From contig JAYGDX010000231.1 in the NCBI GenBank assembly GCA_046582655.1, forward strand, positions 1 through 31,601: 31,601 nt of DNA. The letters are read 5' to 3'. The position numbers and the translations under genes were made by a program. This document shows positions 8,418-17,973 of the stretch, in pieces; the stretch's first letter is position 1, and each line of letters opens with the position of its first letter. Below the pieces are notes generated by a model. It did no database searches. It saw nothing but the letters and a program-made list of their open reading frames with translations, and was not told the DNA's origin. Source of the DNA: Candidatus Poribacteria bacterium. Lineage in GTDB: Bacteria > Poribacteria > WGA-4E > UBA9662.

Positions 8418-9499
8418 TTAGATTTTTTCCAAATGGTCTCTATCGGGTAAGTCCGGGAATGGTGAGGCGGGCAGGGATAGATACCAGTAAGCTGCTGAAG
8501 CAATATCATCTTGTAGCGGTAGGTAACGACCGTCGTCCCGCCAGCCAAGTGCCTGAATCGTTAGCCGCAGGTTTTCCTGAAATCGGACAGGGTCCTGATA
8601 TGCCAGCGGTACATACCAAACCGTTGCTGTGAACGGTAGACACCATCAGGACGGATGATTTGGGGTACTCCCAAGTAAGGTGTCGAATATTGGCGATACT
8701 GGTCGTCGACGACCCATCCGTAGGAACCACCGAAATAATCCTCAACACCAGTTCCACAGATGGTGGGGAATTGGTCGTCACCATCAATAAAAAATTTGAT
8801 TTCCCCTTCACCGAACCAACCATTGTTGTTCGTACCCCAGGCCATGGCTGTTCCGACGTATTGTCCCCGCCCCGTGATATCGTTGACGATTGTGTATACA
8901 TCTCCGTAGGCAAGTGGGTTGGTACGATGGAATTGCGCATGAAAATAGGCCAGGTCATCAGGAATATCACTCAGCGCGTAGTTTATTTGGTAAAAACAAT
9001 TAATCTGTTCTGCTTGCAGGTTTTGCATGGTTATTCGGCATTTACGGCGAAACGGCATGGGCCAAAAGCAGTTGAAACTGGTGTTGGGATTAACTGCTAC
9101 TGGAATTGAGTCGATCTGCGCGTATCCCCAGCCAGAAGCGAAAAAATCACCCAGGGGACATTCAACAGATGGTTGATCCTGGTCTTCCCAATAGATGCGG
9201 AGAATAGTTGTGCGGTGATGGTCACGTGCTCCGGTGCCCCCATACCACATACTCTGAATTGCACCGGGCCCTTCGATTTCAGCCAGTGTGACAGTTTCCC
9301 CTGGCTGAATGTCGATACAAGGTGAAACCTTCCATCCCTGTCCCAGATCGCGAGCCGCGTATTCTCCCCGACCTTCGATCGCCATTCCGCCTTTACCCTT
9401 TTCACCGGTAAAATTTTCGGCACTGATGGATCGTGTTTTGGCTTGGGAAAGCCGCGTCAGATTTCCCAGATTGGCATCCAGTCCATTGGATGGTGACAT
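8418..9499 (-). pseudogene. DUF2961 / glycoside hydrolase family 172 protein with one frameshift near 8595
   Basis: Family motifs SISAENFTGEKGKGG, PSVECPLGDFF, FNCFWPMPF, WFGEGEIKFFIDGD, GTGVEDYFG, MYRWHI. The typical C-terminus (DPVRFQENLRLTIQALGWR..RYLPLQDDIASAAYWY) continues in another frame to TAA at 8418-8420. Confidence 0.85.
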
Positions 9500-9512
9500 G
9501 GTTTTACCTCAT

Positions 9513-9547
9513 AAAAAAGGCTGATATCAAAACTCGATATCAGCCTT
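9513..9547 (-). terminator. Rho-independent terminator after the LamG genes
   Basis: 12-bp stem AAGGCTGATATC / GATATCAGCCTT with a U-tract on the minus strand. Confidence 0.75.
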
Positions 9548-9584
9548 AAATGCAGAGATAGTAAAAAGTATAAAAAAATTACTG

Positions 9585-10349
9585 TTATAGTTGTTTCAAT
9601 GTTCCCCAGGTTGTGGTTAATTTCCAGCTTGGATCAACGGCGAAAAGTTCATCATAGCCCTTGTTCATGTGTTCTTTAACCTCTTTTTGACTTAGTTCGC
9701 GGTTCCAAATCCTGACTTCGTCAATCAAACCAAGAAATTCACGGGTACCTTCATGAGTGTCGCCCACCAGAACATTGGCTGTGTCATTTTCACCGGGTAA
9801 TGCTCCACCGCCGCCAGTCCCGCCGTCTTCTCCATTGATGTAATATTGATGTTGTCCCTTTTTGGTCATTTGGGCAACGACATGCTGCCATTCGTCCAGT
9901 TTAATCTTATGGCTCGTAGATCCGCCGGCTGCACTGAAATGCAATGCACCGCCACCACCAGAGGTGGTGTAAAAGCTATAGGATCGTGGACCGTTGCTCT
10001 TAGCCAGGATTCCCTGCCATTGAGTGGCCGGATCGGTAAACCTTTCCGTCTTAATCCAGGCCATGACAGTAACTTCCTTTTCTACGCACAGGCTCTTATG
10101 GTGTTCAACAACAACCCAGTCGCTTTTGCCGTTGAATTCCAAACATTTCCCAAATTTACCTTCCACTAATTTGGGGTTTCCTGCGATTTCACCGTGGTTG
10201 CCGTGTTTGGAATGATCTTTTACCGTTTTGCCATTCAGTTGATCAAAAGATAGGTAAAGTACCATCGATTCATCGAGATCTTGAGCTGAGTAGGTGAAAG
10301 ATCCGATCAGCGTCAGCATGATTATTGCAGCAAAAAGTATACGTTTCAT
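9585..10349 (-). CDS. Secreted LamG-like jellyroll (concanavalin A-like) protein with C-terminal KLxTxW motif
   Basis: Signal peptide; LYLSFD, GKFGKCLEFNG, TVMAWIK, WQHVV, YING, GLIDEVRIWNREL; tail AVDPSWKLTTTWGTLKQL. Confidence 0.9.
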   Translation of the reverse strand: MKRILFAAIIMLTLIGSFTYSAQDLDESMVLYLSFDQLNGKTVKDHSKHGNHGEIAGNPKLVEGKFGKCLEFNGKSDWVVVEHHKSLCVEKEVTVMAWIKTERFTDPATQWQGILAKSNGPRSYSFYTTSGGGGALHFSAAGGSTSHKIKLDEWQHVVAQMTKKGQHQYYINGEDGGTGGGGALPGENDTANVLVGDTHEGTREFLGLIDEVRIWNRELSQKEVKEHMNKGYDELFAVDPSWKLTTTWGTLKQL

Positions 10350-10436
10350 TTTTTGATGGAATCCCTCCGGCAGATTATTTTTCGTTGCGGTACAGGTTTA
10401 TCTGAATTTCTAGACAAACCTGCATTGTCTATATGC

Positions 10437-11219
10437 TCAACGGGTTTTTAAGTTTCCCCACGAGGTGGTTAGTTTCCCATTTGGTTCAACCGAAACTTTG
10501 TTTTTACCGGCATTCATGTGAAACTGGACTTCTTTTTGGCTTAACGCTCGGTTCCAAATCCGAACCTCATCTATCAGTCCAAGGAATTCACGCGTACCCT
10601 CATGGCTTTTACCGACGACAACTGTAGCCGTATCCTCTTTACCTGGAAGCTTAACACCACTAGCTCCACCACCACCATCTTCTCCATTGATGTAGTATAG
10701 GTGTTTTTCATCCTTGACTTGGGCAACGACATGCTGCCACTCGTTCAGTTTAATCTTCTTGCTCGTAGAACCGCCCATTGCACTGAAATGCAATGCGCCG
10801 CCACCACCGGAGGTGGTGTAAAAGCTATAGGATCGCGGGCTATTACTTTTGGCCACAATCCCTTGCCATTGGGTGCTGGGATCGGTGAATCTTTCAGCTT
10901 TGATCCAAGCCATGACAGTGACTTCCGAATCTACAGTTAAACTATCGTGATGTGCAACTTCAACCCAATCAGTTTTGCCGTTGAATTTCAAGGCATTGCC
11001 AAACTTTCCTTTAACCCATTTGGGATCGCCTTTCAGTTGGCCGTGGTTGCCGTATATAGAAGCATCTTCGGCAGTTTTTCCACTTCCTTCATCAAATGAC
11101 AAGTAAAGTATCATAGAAGGCTCAGGGCCATCAGTTATTTTCAAATCCTCCGCCTGAACAAGGGAGAATAGCGTAGCTAAAGCTACCGCAAATACTGGAA
11201 AAAGAATTTTCGTCCTCAT
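10437..11219 (-). CDS. Secreted LamG-like jellyroll protein with C-terminal KLxTxW motif (tandem paralog)
   Basis: GAGGTAAGG RBS; signal peptide ending VQA; same LamG motifs; tail SVEPNGKLTTSWGNLKTR. Confidence 0.9.
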   Translation of the reverse strand: MRTKILFPVFAVALATLFSLVQAEDLKITDGPEPSMILYLSFDEGSGKTAEDASIYGNHGQLKGDPKWVKGKFGNALKFNGKTDWVEVAHHDSLTVDSEVTVMAWIKAERFTDPSTQWQGIVAKSNSPRSYSFYTTSGGGGALHFSAMGGSTSKKIKLNEWQHVVAQVKDEKHLYYINGEDGGGGASGVKLPGKEDTATVVVGKSHEGTREFLGLIDEVRIWNRALSQKEVQFHMNAGKNKVSVEPNGKLTTSWGNLKTR

Positions 11220-11293
11220 CCTTACCTCACCGATTAAACGTTATATTATTATTTATACCGCTAACATTGTACTGAACCTAACACTATACTGCC

Positions 11294-11322
11294 AGTTTAT
11301 CATAGAATTGTCTTTTATTCAA
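11294..11322 (-). promoter_or_regulatory. Putative sigma70 promoter for the LamG pair
   Basis: Minus strand TTGAAT-17bp-TAAACT with extended -10 TG. Confidence 0.5.
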
Positions 11323-11347
11323 GTTGAAAAAGTAACATCGATTTCAT

Positions 11348-13030
11348 TTACTGATGTGATTTTATTTCTGCACCTTCAATAGCTATTAATTTTTGATTAA
11401 CGTTCAGGTTGCTGGATCTGTCTATTTGTCCGCTAGGCCAATGAATTTCTATTAGGTCTATTCTTTCTGCTTTTCCAACTCCGAAGTGGGCTTGCAAACT
11501 GCTAAACGATAAATAGCTCCCGCCACTCTGGATTTCCTGATACTGGGTTAAATCACCTGTGACAATTTTGATTCTGGTTCCAATCCCGGCACGGTTGCTT
11601 TTTTGCCCAACAGTTTTGATCTGTACCCAGTTGTTCAGGTTTCCAGTTTCGTTCCGAAGCAGGTTAGCTGGTTGATTCCAATTTGTAACCAGTATATCCA
11701 AATCCCCGTCATTGTCGTAGTCGCCGAAAGCTGTGCCCCGACTGACTTTGATTAGGTTTAAACCTGATTGATCAGTTATGTTTTCAAACGTTCCATTCTG
11801 CATGTTTTTAAGAAGCAGGTTCCGTTGGGGGTATGTCACATTGCGCTCGAGTTGATTTATGTTGTCCATCACATGACCGTTGGCGACGAAGATATCTTTA
11901 TAACCGTCATTGTCATAATCAAAATATTGGATTCCCCAACCAAGATAACTGTTCGTAATCTCGGCCACTCCGGTTGTGATGGTTACGTCTGTGAAAAAAC
12001 CATCTCCGGTGTTATGGTAAATTGTATTGGTTTCGGTCTGGAAGTTGCTGACGGTTAAATCAAGTAATCCATCGTTGTCATAGTCGCCGAAGGCCGTACC
12101 CATTCCGGCTTCTTCTTTTCCCATGTCGTTATAGCATACCCCCGACAGAAGCGCCACCTCCTCAAATTTGCCGTTTCCAAGGTTCTGAAACAGGAAGTTG
12201 GGATCCTGGTCGTTGGCTACGTACAGATCTTGATCTCCATCGTTGTCGTAATCTCCAAAGGTCACCCCCAGGCCATGACAGGGTGGAACATCCAACAATC
12301 CCATTTGAATTGATATGTTGCTGAAAGTGCCATCCCCATTGTTATGGTATAACGCATCTTCAGCTGGTGGATAGGCATGAGGTCCGCAATACACCCAGAC
12401 ACCCCTGACTTCACATCGTTTGTCGCTTTCAAGGCTGTATTCTGCGTAGTTGGCGACATAAAGATCTACCGACCCATCATTGTCCACGTCTGCAAACGCG
12501 CAACTTGATCCGAATCTTGGGTCAGCAACGCCAGCTTGCTCAGAGACGTCGATAAAAGTTCCATCCCCGCTGTTCCGATAGAGGACATTAGATCCGAAGT
12601 TCGTCAGGTACAGATCCAGATTCCCATCATTGTCGTAGTCTCCCACCGTGCAGCCAATACCATAACCAGTATCACCTGCACCCGCCATCTGAGTGACGTC
12701 CGTGAAACTGTCATCTCCGTTATTGCGGTAAAGCCTGTTGTGCGGCAGTTGATCAGGTTCTGGGGATGATTGAGGTCTGCCGTTGACGAGGTAGATATCT
12801 AAATCCCCATCATTGTCATAATCGAAAAAACCTCCACCCGCTCCCAGAAACTCATTAAATAACCGTTGTCCGCTTTCACCGTCAGTGTGTTTGAAATCAA
12901 TACCTGATATGGTAGTCACATCGCTAAAGATTGTGGCAGTGGATATTAAGGTGGTGGAGACGGCAATTAAGCTAATTAAAAAGGTTAAAGCAACTGAAAA
13001 TGGTTTCCGAATCCCAATTTTATTGTTCAT
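11348..13030 (-). CDS. CRTAC1-family protein: FG-GAP beta-propeller plus C-terminal ASPIC/UnbV domain
   Basis: Multiple GDYDNDGDLD Ca-binding FG-GAP repeats; C-terminal SNRAGIGTRI..GGSYLS..HFGVG..IEIHWPSG. Confidence 0.93.
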   Translation of the reverse strand: MNNKIGIRKPFSVALTFLISLIAVSTTLISTATIFSDVTTISGIDFKHTDGESGQRLFNEFLGAGGGFFDYDNDGDLDIYLVNGRPQSSPEPDQLPHNRLYRNNGDDSFTDVTQMAGAGDTGYGIGCTVGDYDNDGNLDLYLTNFGSNVLYRNSGDGTFIDVSEQAGVADPRFGSSCAFADVDNDGSVDLYVANYAEYSLESDKRCEVRGVWVYCGPHAYPPAEDALYHNNGDGTFSNISIQMGLLDVPPCHGLGVTFGDYDNDGDQDLYVANDQDPNFLFQNLGNGKFEEVALLSGVCYNDMGKEEAGMGTAFGDYDNDGLLDLTVSNFQTETNTIYHNTGDGFFTDVTITTGVAEITNSYLGWGIQYFDYDNDGYKDIFVANGHVMDNINQLERNVTYPQRNLLLKNMQNGTFENITDQSGLNLIKVSRGTAFGDYDNDGDLDILVTNWNQPANLLRNETGNLNNWVQIKTVGQKSNRAGIGTRIKIVTGDLTQYQEIQSGGSYLSFSSLQAHFGVGKAERIDLIEIHWPSGQIDRSSNLNVNQKLIAIEGAEIKSHQ

Positions 13031-14540
13031 TTTGACGTGCGTTTTGAATATCTCGCAGTTGAGTGTGGTAGGCTTGATTCTTCGGTTCTATGTTGATTGC
13101 ACGTTGGATTAGCTCTTTTGCTTTATCGTATTTGCCATTTTTGAAGTAAACGTAAGAGGATGTACTTAGATTTGAGGCGGATGGATCTATTTTTACAGCC
13201 TTAGCGGCAAACTTCTCTGCCAAGTCGAGATAAACTTCTTGGTCGGCATAGATCCATGCAATTCTTTGGTAAGCCTGATCGCAGTTTGAATCGGTTTCGA
13301 GTGCTTGTTGAAAAGCGTAAATGGCGGCATTTAATTTTTTTAAGTGGATTTGTAGATTGCCCAGTTCAAGCCAGGCATCAAGGTCGTTTTGATCAATCTT
13401 CGTCAGTTGATGGTATGTTTCAATCGCTTTTTCCAATTTGCCCTGTTGAACATAGATTTCCGCCAGACCGTGATACGGCAATGTTAGGTCAGGTGATTTC
13501 TGCATGGCGACCTGCAGATAGGATTCAGCTAAATCAAACCTCCGCTGGTTGCTGTAAATCCAGGCTAATCTCAGGTATGGTTCGACAGCATTTTGATCTA
13601 ACTCTACAATCTTTTCAAAGGCGTTAGCCGCCTCTTGAAATTTGCCTTGTTCCATGTAGGCTTTTCCCAGTTTATCGTAGGCGGATGCCATAGTGGGGTC
13701 TAGCAGAATTATTGATTTGTATACGTTCAGCGCTTCGTTGATGTTATCGTTATCAAGATGTATGCCTGCCAGATCCATGCGGATCAGCAAATCAGCGGGA
13801 TTCTCATCCACGCTTTTTTTGTAGCGGTAAACTTCGTCTTGGTAGGATTTGATTTTTTTGAATTTTTCCAGGTATTCTGTGACACGACTGGAGTCACCTT
13901 TAAGCCGATAGATCTTTGCCAAATTGTAGTAAGAACTTGCATGATCGGGTTTAAGTGTAATTGCCTTCGTGTAGTAACCTATGGATTTTTCCAACTGATT
14001 TTGCATCAGTGCAATACGCCCAAGCCACTGGTAGGCTTCAGCGAAGCCTGGGTCCAGTCTGACCGATTCATTAAATTTTGTTTTTGCCAGATCTAACCTG
14101 TTTCGATGTGTATACACGTTGCCCAGCTGGTAATGAGTCTGTGCCATTTGTGGGTTTAGCGCAATCGCCTGTTGGACGGATGCTTCCGCCGATTTAAAAT
14201 CGCCTTGCTTGATATAGATTTCTGTTAGGGAAAGGCAGGTAAGCCCGTGCAACTTTTTTGCCGCTTTTCGTTGAAGGACTTGATGATAGATATTAACTGC
14301 TTGATCTAACATATTATCGAGTTGGTATGCTTTGCCAAGCTGGTAATACGATTCAATATCGTCAGGAGATGTAGATAAGATTCTTTGAAACTCCTGCTGG
14401 GCTTGATTATATAGTCCGGCACGAATGTAACGCAGACCGCGTTGTTGATGAATCTCCGGTGAGCTACTTGCAAATAGAATGGAAGTGAAGATGAGCGGTG
14501 CACATGTAAACAGCAGTTTATACTTCATACTTGTTACCAA
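13020..14540 (-). CDS. Exported tetratricopeptide repeat protein (likely start ATG 14528)
   Basis: Signal-like N-terminus and many 34-aa TPR units (e.g. AQTHYQLGNVY, ASAYDKLGKAY); overlaps the CRTAC1 start, so probably an operon. Confidence 0.92.
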   Translation of the reverse strand: MVTSMKYKLLFTCAPLIFTSILFASSSPEIHQQRGLRYIRAGLYNQAQQEFQRILSTSPDDIESYYQLGKAYQLDNMLDQAVNIYHQVLQRKAAKKLHGLTCLSLTEIYIKQGDFKSAEASVQQAIALNPQMAQTHYQLGNVYTHRNRLDLAKTKFNESVRLDPGFAEAYQWLGRIALMQNQLEKSIGYYTKAITLKPDHASSYYNLAKIYRLKGDSSRVTEYLEKFKKIKSYQDEVYRYKKSVDENPADLLIRMDLAGIHLDNDNINEALNVYKSIILLDPTMASAYDKLGKAYMEQGKFQEAANAFEKIVELDQNAVEPYLRLAWIYSNQRRFDLAESYLQVAMQKSPDLTLPYHGLAEIYVQQGKLEKAIETYHQLTKIDQNDLDAWLELGNLQIHLKKLNAAIYAFQQALETDSNCDQAYQRIAWIYADQEVYLDLAEKFAAKAVKIDPSASNLSTSSYVYFKNGKYDKAKELIQRAINIEPKNQAYHTQLRDIQNARQNEQ

Positions 14541-14680
14541 TTCATGAGAGTGTGCAACGGATATGATCCGATATTCATTTTATCTGAAAATGGTGTTAAG
14601 TCAACTTCAAAAGGAGCGAAGGTTTTAGCTGATAGAATTGGAATTACAAGTTATGGTCTATTGTGTTCAACTAACCTAAT

Positions 14681-15697
14681 CCCGGATTTCCCATATGGAA
14701 AAGTCATCTTGAGATCCTCTGGTATGGTTTCATTTTATGAACACAGGGAGTTTTGAGGATGATGGCACAAAACAGTTGGAAATCCAATGGGTAAAATGAA
14801 TAAGACCGCGTTACGAGTCGATTTTGCCCGCAGTTTGAAGCTGGAGTTTCATGGTTCCAAGGTTACCAATGACTTGCGGGCCGGAGAGAACACGCAACAC
14901 GATGCTGACGGCCTCGTTGCGGCAGTCGGTGTCAGTTGCTTGGCTGGTTATGAAGATACAACGACGCAGAACGGATGAGTGTGAACTCTGCGATACGTCA
15001 CGTCGTTGGTGGACGAGCCAAAAGCCTCAACGTCGCTTCCACAAGCCACTTGGGGAGTTTCGGACCGCAGTCTTGACCGAGCCATACCGCGTCGATATCC
15101 TTACGGACCTGTTGGGAAAACGGGTTGATTCGTTCGCGAGTGCAAACCGATCGGCGGATTGGTTCTGGATACGGACAGTTCGTTCAGTGGGACCTATGGT
15201 GTTCAGGGGCACTTCGGTTGCAGCTATTCGCTTTGGCATACAACCTGGGCAACCTTCTTCGCAGGCTGGCGTGACCCCAGAGTATAAAGCACTGGCCGTT
15301 GACAGCGTTGAGGGAGAAACTTGGCCAAGATTGGCGCGAAGGTCGTCACTCACGCACGGTACGTCACGTTCCAGATGGTTGAGGTGGCTATCCCGCAGCA
15401 TCTGTTCAGGACTATCCTTCGCCGGATGGCATGGCTCGGGCCACTGGGCAATAGCGCCAACATGATCAGGACGGCGTCCGCAGAAATAGAAACGATTCAA
15501 GACCCGATGGGGGAGGTCTGCCCGAATTTGCACGAACAGCACCAACGGGTGCGTCCGAAGGTTGCTATTGGGCCATAAACGACCTCAAAATGGACCATGA
15601 CAGCAGAATCGGTGTTGACGGTACGAGTCTTTTCGTTTACTATGGCGGATAACTTTCCCACGTTGATCGGGAGCAGATCCATGTGGGAAATCTCGGG
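14681..15697 (+). mobile_element. IS1380-family insertion sequence remnant (internally deleted, frameshifted transposase)
   Basis: N-terminal LRVDFARSLKLEFHGSKVT, middle LRQSV..LAGYED and C-terminal KIGAKVVTHARYVTFQMVEVAIP match IS1380 transposases. Imperfect terminal inverted repeats CCCGGATTTCCCATATGGA / TCCATGTGGGAAATCTCGGG. Confidence 0.88.
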
Positions 15698-15821
15698 TGA
15701 AATGAATAATTCATTATCTGGTAGGCTGGTGAATCAACAAATCATTGAGCTTGATCCCATAATTCTCTCCGAATTTGGTTTCTGCTGAAGATGCAGAAGG
15801 ACAGATCCAATCACAACCCAC

Positions 15822-16634
15822 ATGGCTAAGAAACTTACTATTGCTTTCATGTGTATTGCAGTGTTTGTTTTTATCGGCTGCGGCGAAGATGACGATATAC
15901 TTGAAAATGCCCCCAGAGAGATTATCTGGAAAAAGGATGGTTCCATGATGACGCTGATTCTGGCGGGTCGCTTTGAAATGGGGGATCACTTGGATAATAT
16001 GGAAAACGCGCTACCTGTTCATGCGGTTGAACTCGATGCTTTCTATATGGATATTTATGAGGTCACTGTCGGTCAGTTTAAGAAGTTTGTCAGTCAGACA
16101 GGATACGACTTCAATCGCTGGAACGATGTATCGGATTATTCTGCTACCGACGATCATCCTATTGTTTATGTTACGTGGACTGATGCTAAGGCGTACGCCA
16201 AATGGGTAGGGAAACGTTTGCCTACAGAATCAGAATGGGAACATGCCGCACGAGGTGGATTGACGAATAAGCGTTATCCGTGGGGGGATGAGCTTTCGCG
16301 TGATAATGCGAATTATGAAGGTGTTGAAGGCAGTGATCATTGGGATGGAGAAACCGCACCTGTTGGTAGTTTTGCGCCCAACGGCTACGGGATTTATGAT
16401 ATGGCTGGTAACGTCTGGGAGTGGTGTGCCGATTGGTATGGCGAGGGCTATTACAGCCGATCCTCAATGCGGAACCCAAAAGGGCCGAAGACGGGTAAGT
16501 ACCGTGTGCTACGTGGAGGTTCTTGGTCAGACCGAAGTTACGGCTTGCGGGTGGCATATCGTTACGAATACGAACCGACAGCCGGCCATTATCTGGGCGG
16601 TTTTCGTTGTGTTTCAGAATCACTCGAACCTTAA
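15822..16634 (+). CDS. Formylglycine-generating-enzyme (SUMF1/FGE-sulfatase) fold lipoprotein
   Basis: Lipobox FIG-C; FYMDIYEVT, RLPTESEWE, NGYGIYDMAGNVWEWCAD, RGGSW, GFRC. Confidence 0.92.
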   Translation: MAKKLTIAFMCIAVFVFIGCGEDDDILENAPREIIWKKDGSMMTLILAGRFEMGDHLDNMENALPVHAVELDAFYMDIYEVTVGQFKKFVSQTGYDFNRWNDVSDYSATDDHPIVYVTWTDAKAYAKWVGKRLPTESEWEHAARGGLTNKRYPWGDELSRDNANYEGVEGSDHWDGETAPVGSFAPNGYGIYDMAGNVWEWCADWYGEGYYSRSSMRNPKGPKTGKYRVLRGGSWSDRSYGLRVAYRYEYEPTAGHYLGGFRCVSESLEP

Positions 16635-17003
16635 TTGGATCTTATTCATTTTGGTTGTGTCCAGCGAAAAAATGTGGCAATTCCGTTTCTCCTTGAAGCT
16701 ACGTTCAGGCGCAAGATCAAAGAAATGCCGGTCAGAAAAAGCCAGTAATGCTCCAGAATCTTCTTCTCCCTGATAATAATCCCCCTCTCGAATGTAATGC
16801 CATTTTGCTCAGGCACCCCGAGAAAATCATAAATCGGCTGGGTGGCTAAAAACAAAGCATACATGCTACAGTCATGTGATGAAGGTACTCCTGAAAACAG
16901 TATTTCAACCATAAGGTGTTGAAATGAAAAGTAAGTTGGTGATTGTCACGTTAGTTTTCTTTGTGTTGCTGTTAGGTTCGGTTCAGCTTGGAAATGCAAA
17001 CTA

Positions 17004-17939
17004 ATGAATAGTGTTATGAAAATTGTGTTGACGTTATTCAGGTGTTCAATACCATGTGTAGCCCTGGCCATCAGTATATTTACCGCCTGGGTGTATGCCG
17101 GTGATAAGAAGCAGAAGCAAGATGATAGTTTAAAACCAGAAATCACGTGGGCCAAAGATCAGGCACCAATGTGCTTGATTCCGTCAGGGACTTTCGCCAT
17201 GGGAATCATGGAATCGGAAGTTAATGAATTGGTGAAGCAATTTGCTGATTATGAGGCGGAAAAGGCTTGGTTCGTGAGTGAAGTTCCACGCCACACTGTT
17301 GAAATTGCAGCATTCTACATGGATAAGGCTGAAGTTACCAACACCCAGTATAAAGTGTTTATCAATCAAACCGGATATCCAACGCCACAGTATTGGCTTG
17401 ACGATAACTACAATTCACTGGATCTACCGGTGGTTGGTGTGAGTTGGTACGATGCCATGCAGTATGCGTCATGGGCGGGAAAGCGGCTTCCGACAGAAGC
17501 GGAATGGGAATATGCCGCGTGTGGGGGAATGGTTAATCGGATGTATCCATGGGGAGATAAGATTACGCCGAAAATGGCGAATTATGGCGAAAAAGTTGGA
17601 AAAGCAACGGTGGCGGGAACTTACCCCTCGAACGGTTACGGTTTATATGATTTGGCCGGAAACGTATGGGAATGGTGTCTGGATTCATACGATGCCGGGT
17701 TTTATAAAACAAGTCCTCGAAAAGATCCGTTTGCTGGGGGCGATATGGTGAGTGTGGCCAAAAACTTTAGTCAGATCGACAAAAACCAAGTTCGGGTTAT
17801 TCGTGGTGGAAGTTGGCAAAGTAATCCTGGGCCGCTTCGTGTTGCTAGCCGAGGTAACTACTTTCCATCCTTCATGCTACGAAATTGTGGGTTCCGTTGT
17901 GTGAAACCGGTTATTGGGATCAAAGGAAATACCAATTAG
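17004..17939 (+). CDS. FGE-sulfatase fold exported protein
   Basis: N-terminal hydrophobic segment; RLPTEAEWEYAA, NGYGLYDLAGNVWEWC, RGGSW, GFRC. Confidence 0.92.
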   Translation: MNSVMKIVLTLFRCSIPCVALAISIFTAWVYAGDKKQKQDDSLKPEITWAKDQAPMCLIPSGTFAMGIMESEVNELVKQFADYEAEKAWFVSEVPRHTVEIAAFYMDKAEVTNTQYKVFINQTGYPTPQYWLDDNYNSLDLPVVGVSWYDAMQYASWAGKRLPTEAEWEYAACGGMVNRMYPWGDKITPKMANYGEKVGKATVAGTYPSNGYGLYDLAGNVWEWCLDSYDAGFYKTSPRKDPFAGGDMVSVAKNFSQIDKNQVRVIRGGSWQSNPGPLRVASRGNYFPSFMLRNCGFRCVKPVIGIKGNTN

Positions 17940-17973
17940 CTGGGAGTTCAGCTAATACTCTACTTAATAGCTG

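Noticed and set aside
10393..10422. Hairpin between the LamG genes as a terminator
   Set aside because: An 11-bp imperfect stem without an adjacent U-tract; at most an mRNA stability element.
16646..16912. 88-aa minus-strand ORF between the FGE genes
   Set aside because: No recognisable domain or convincing RBS; may be spurious or a remnant.
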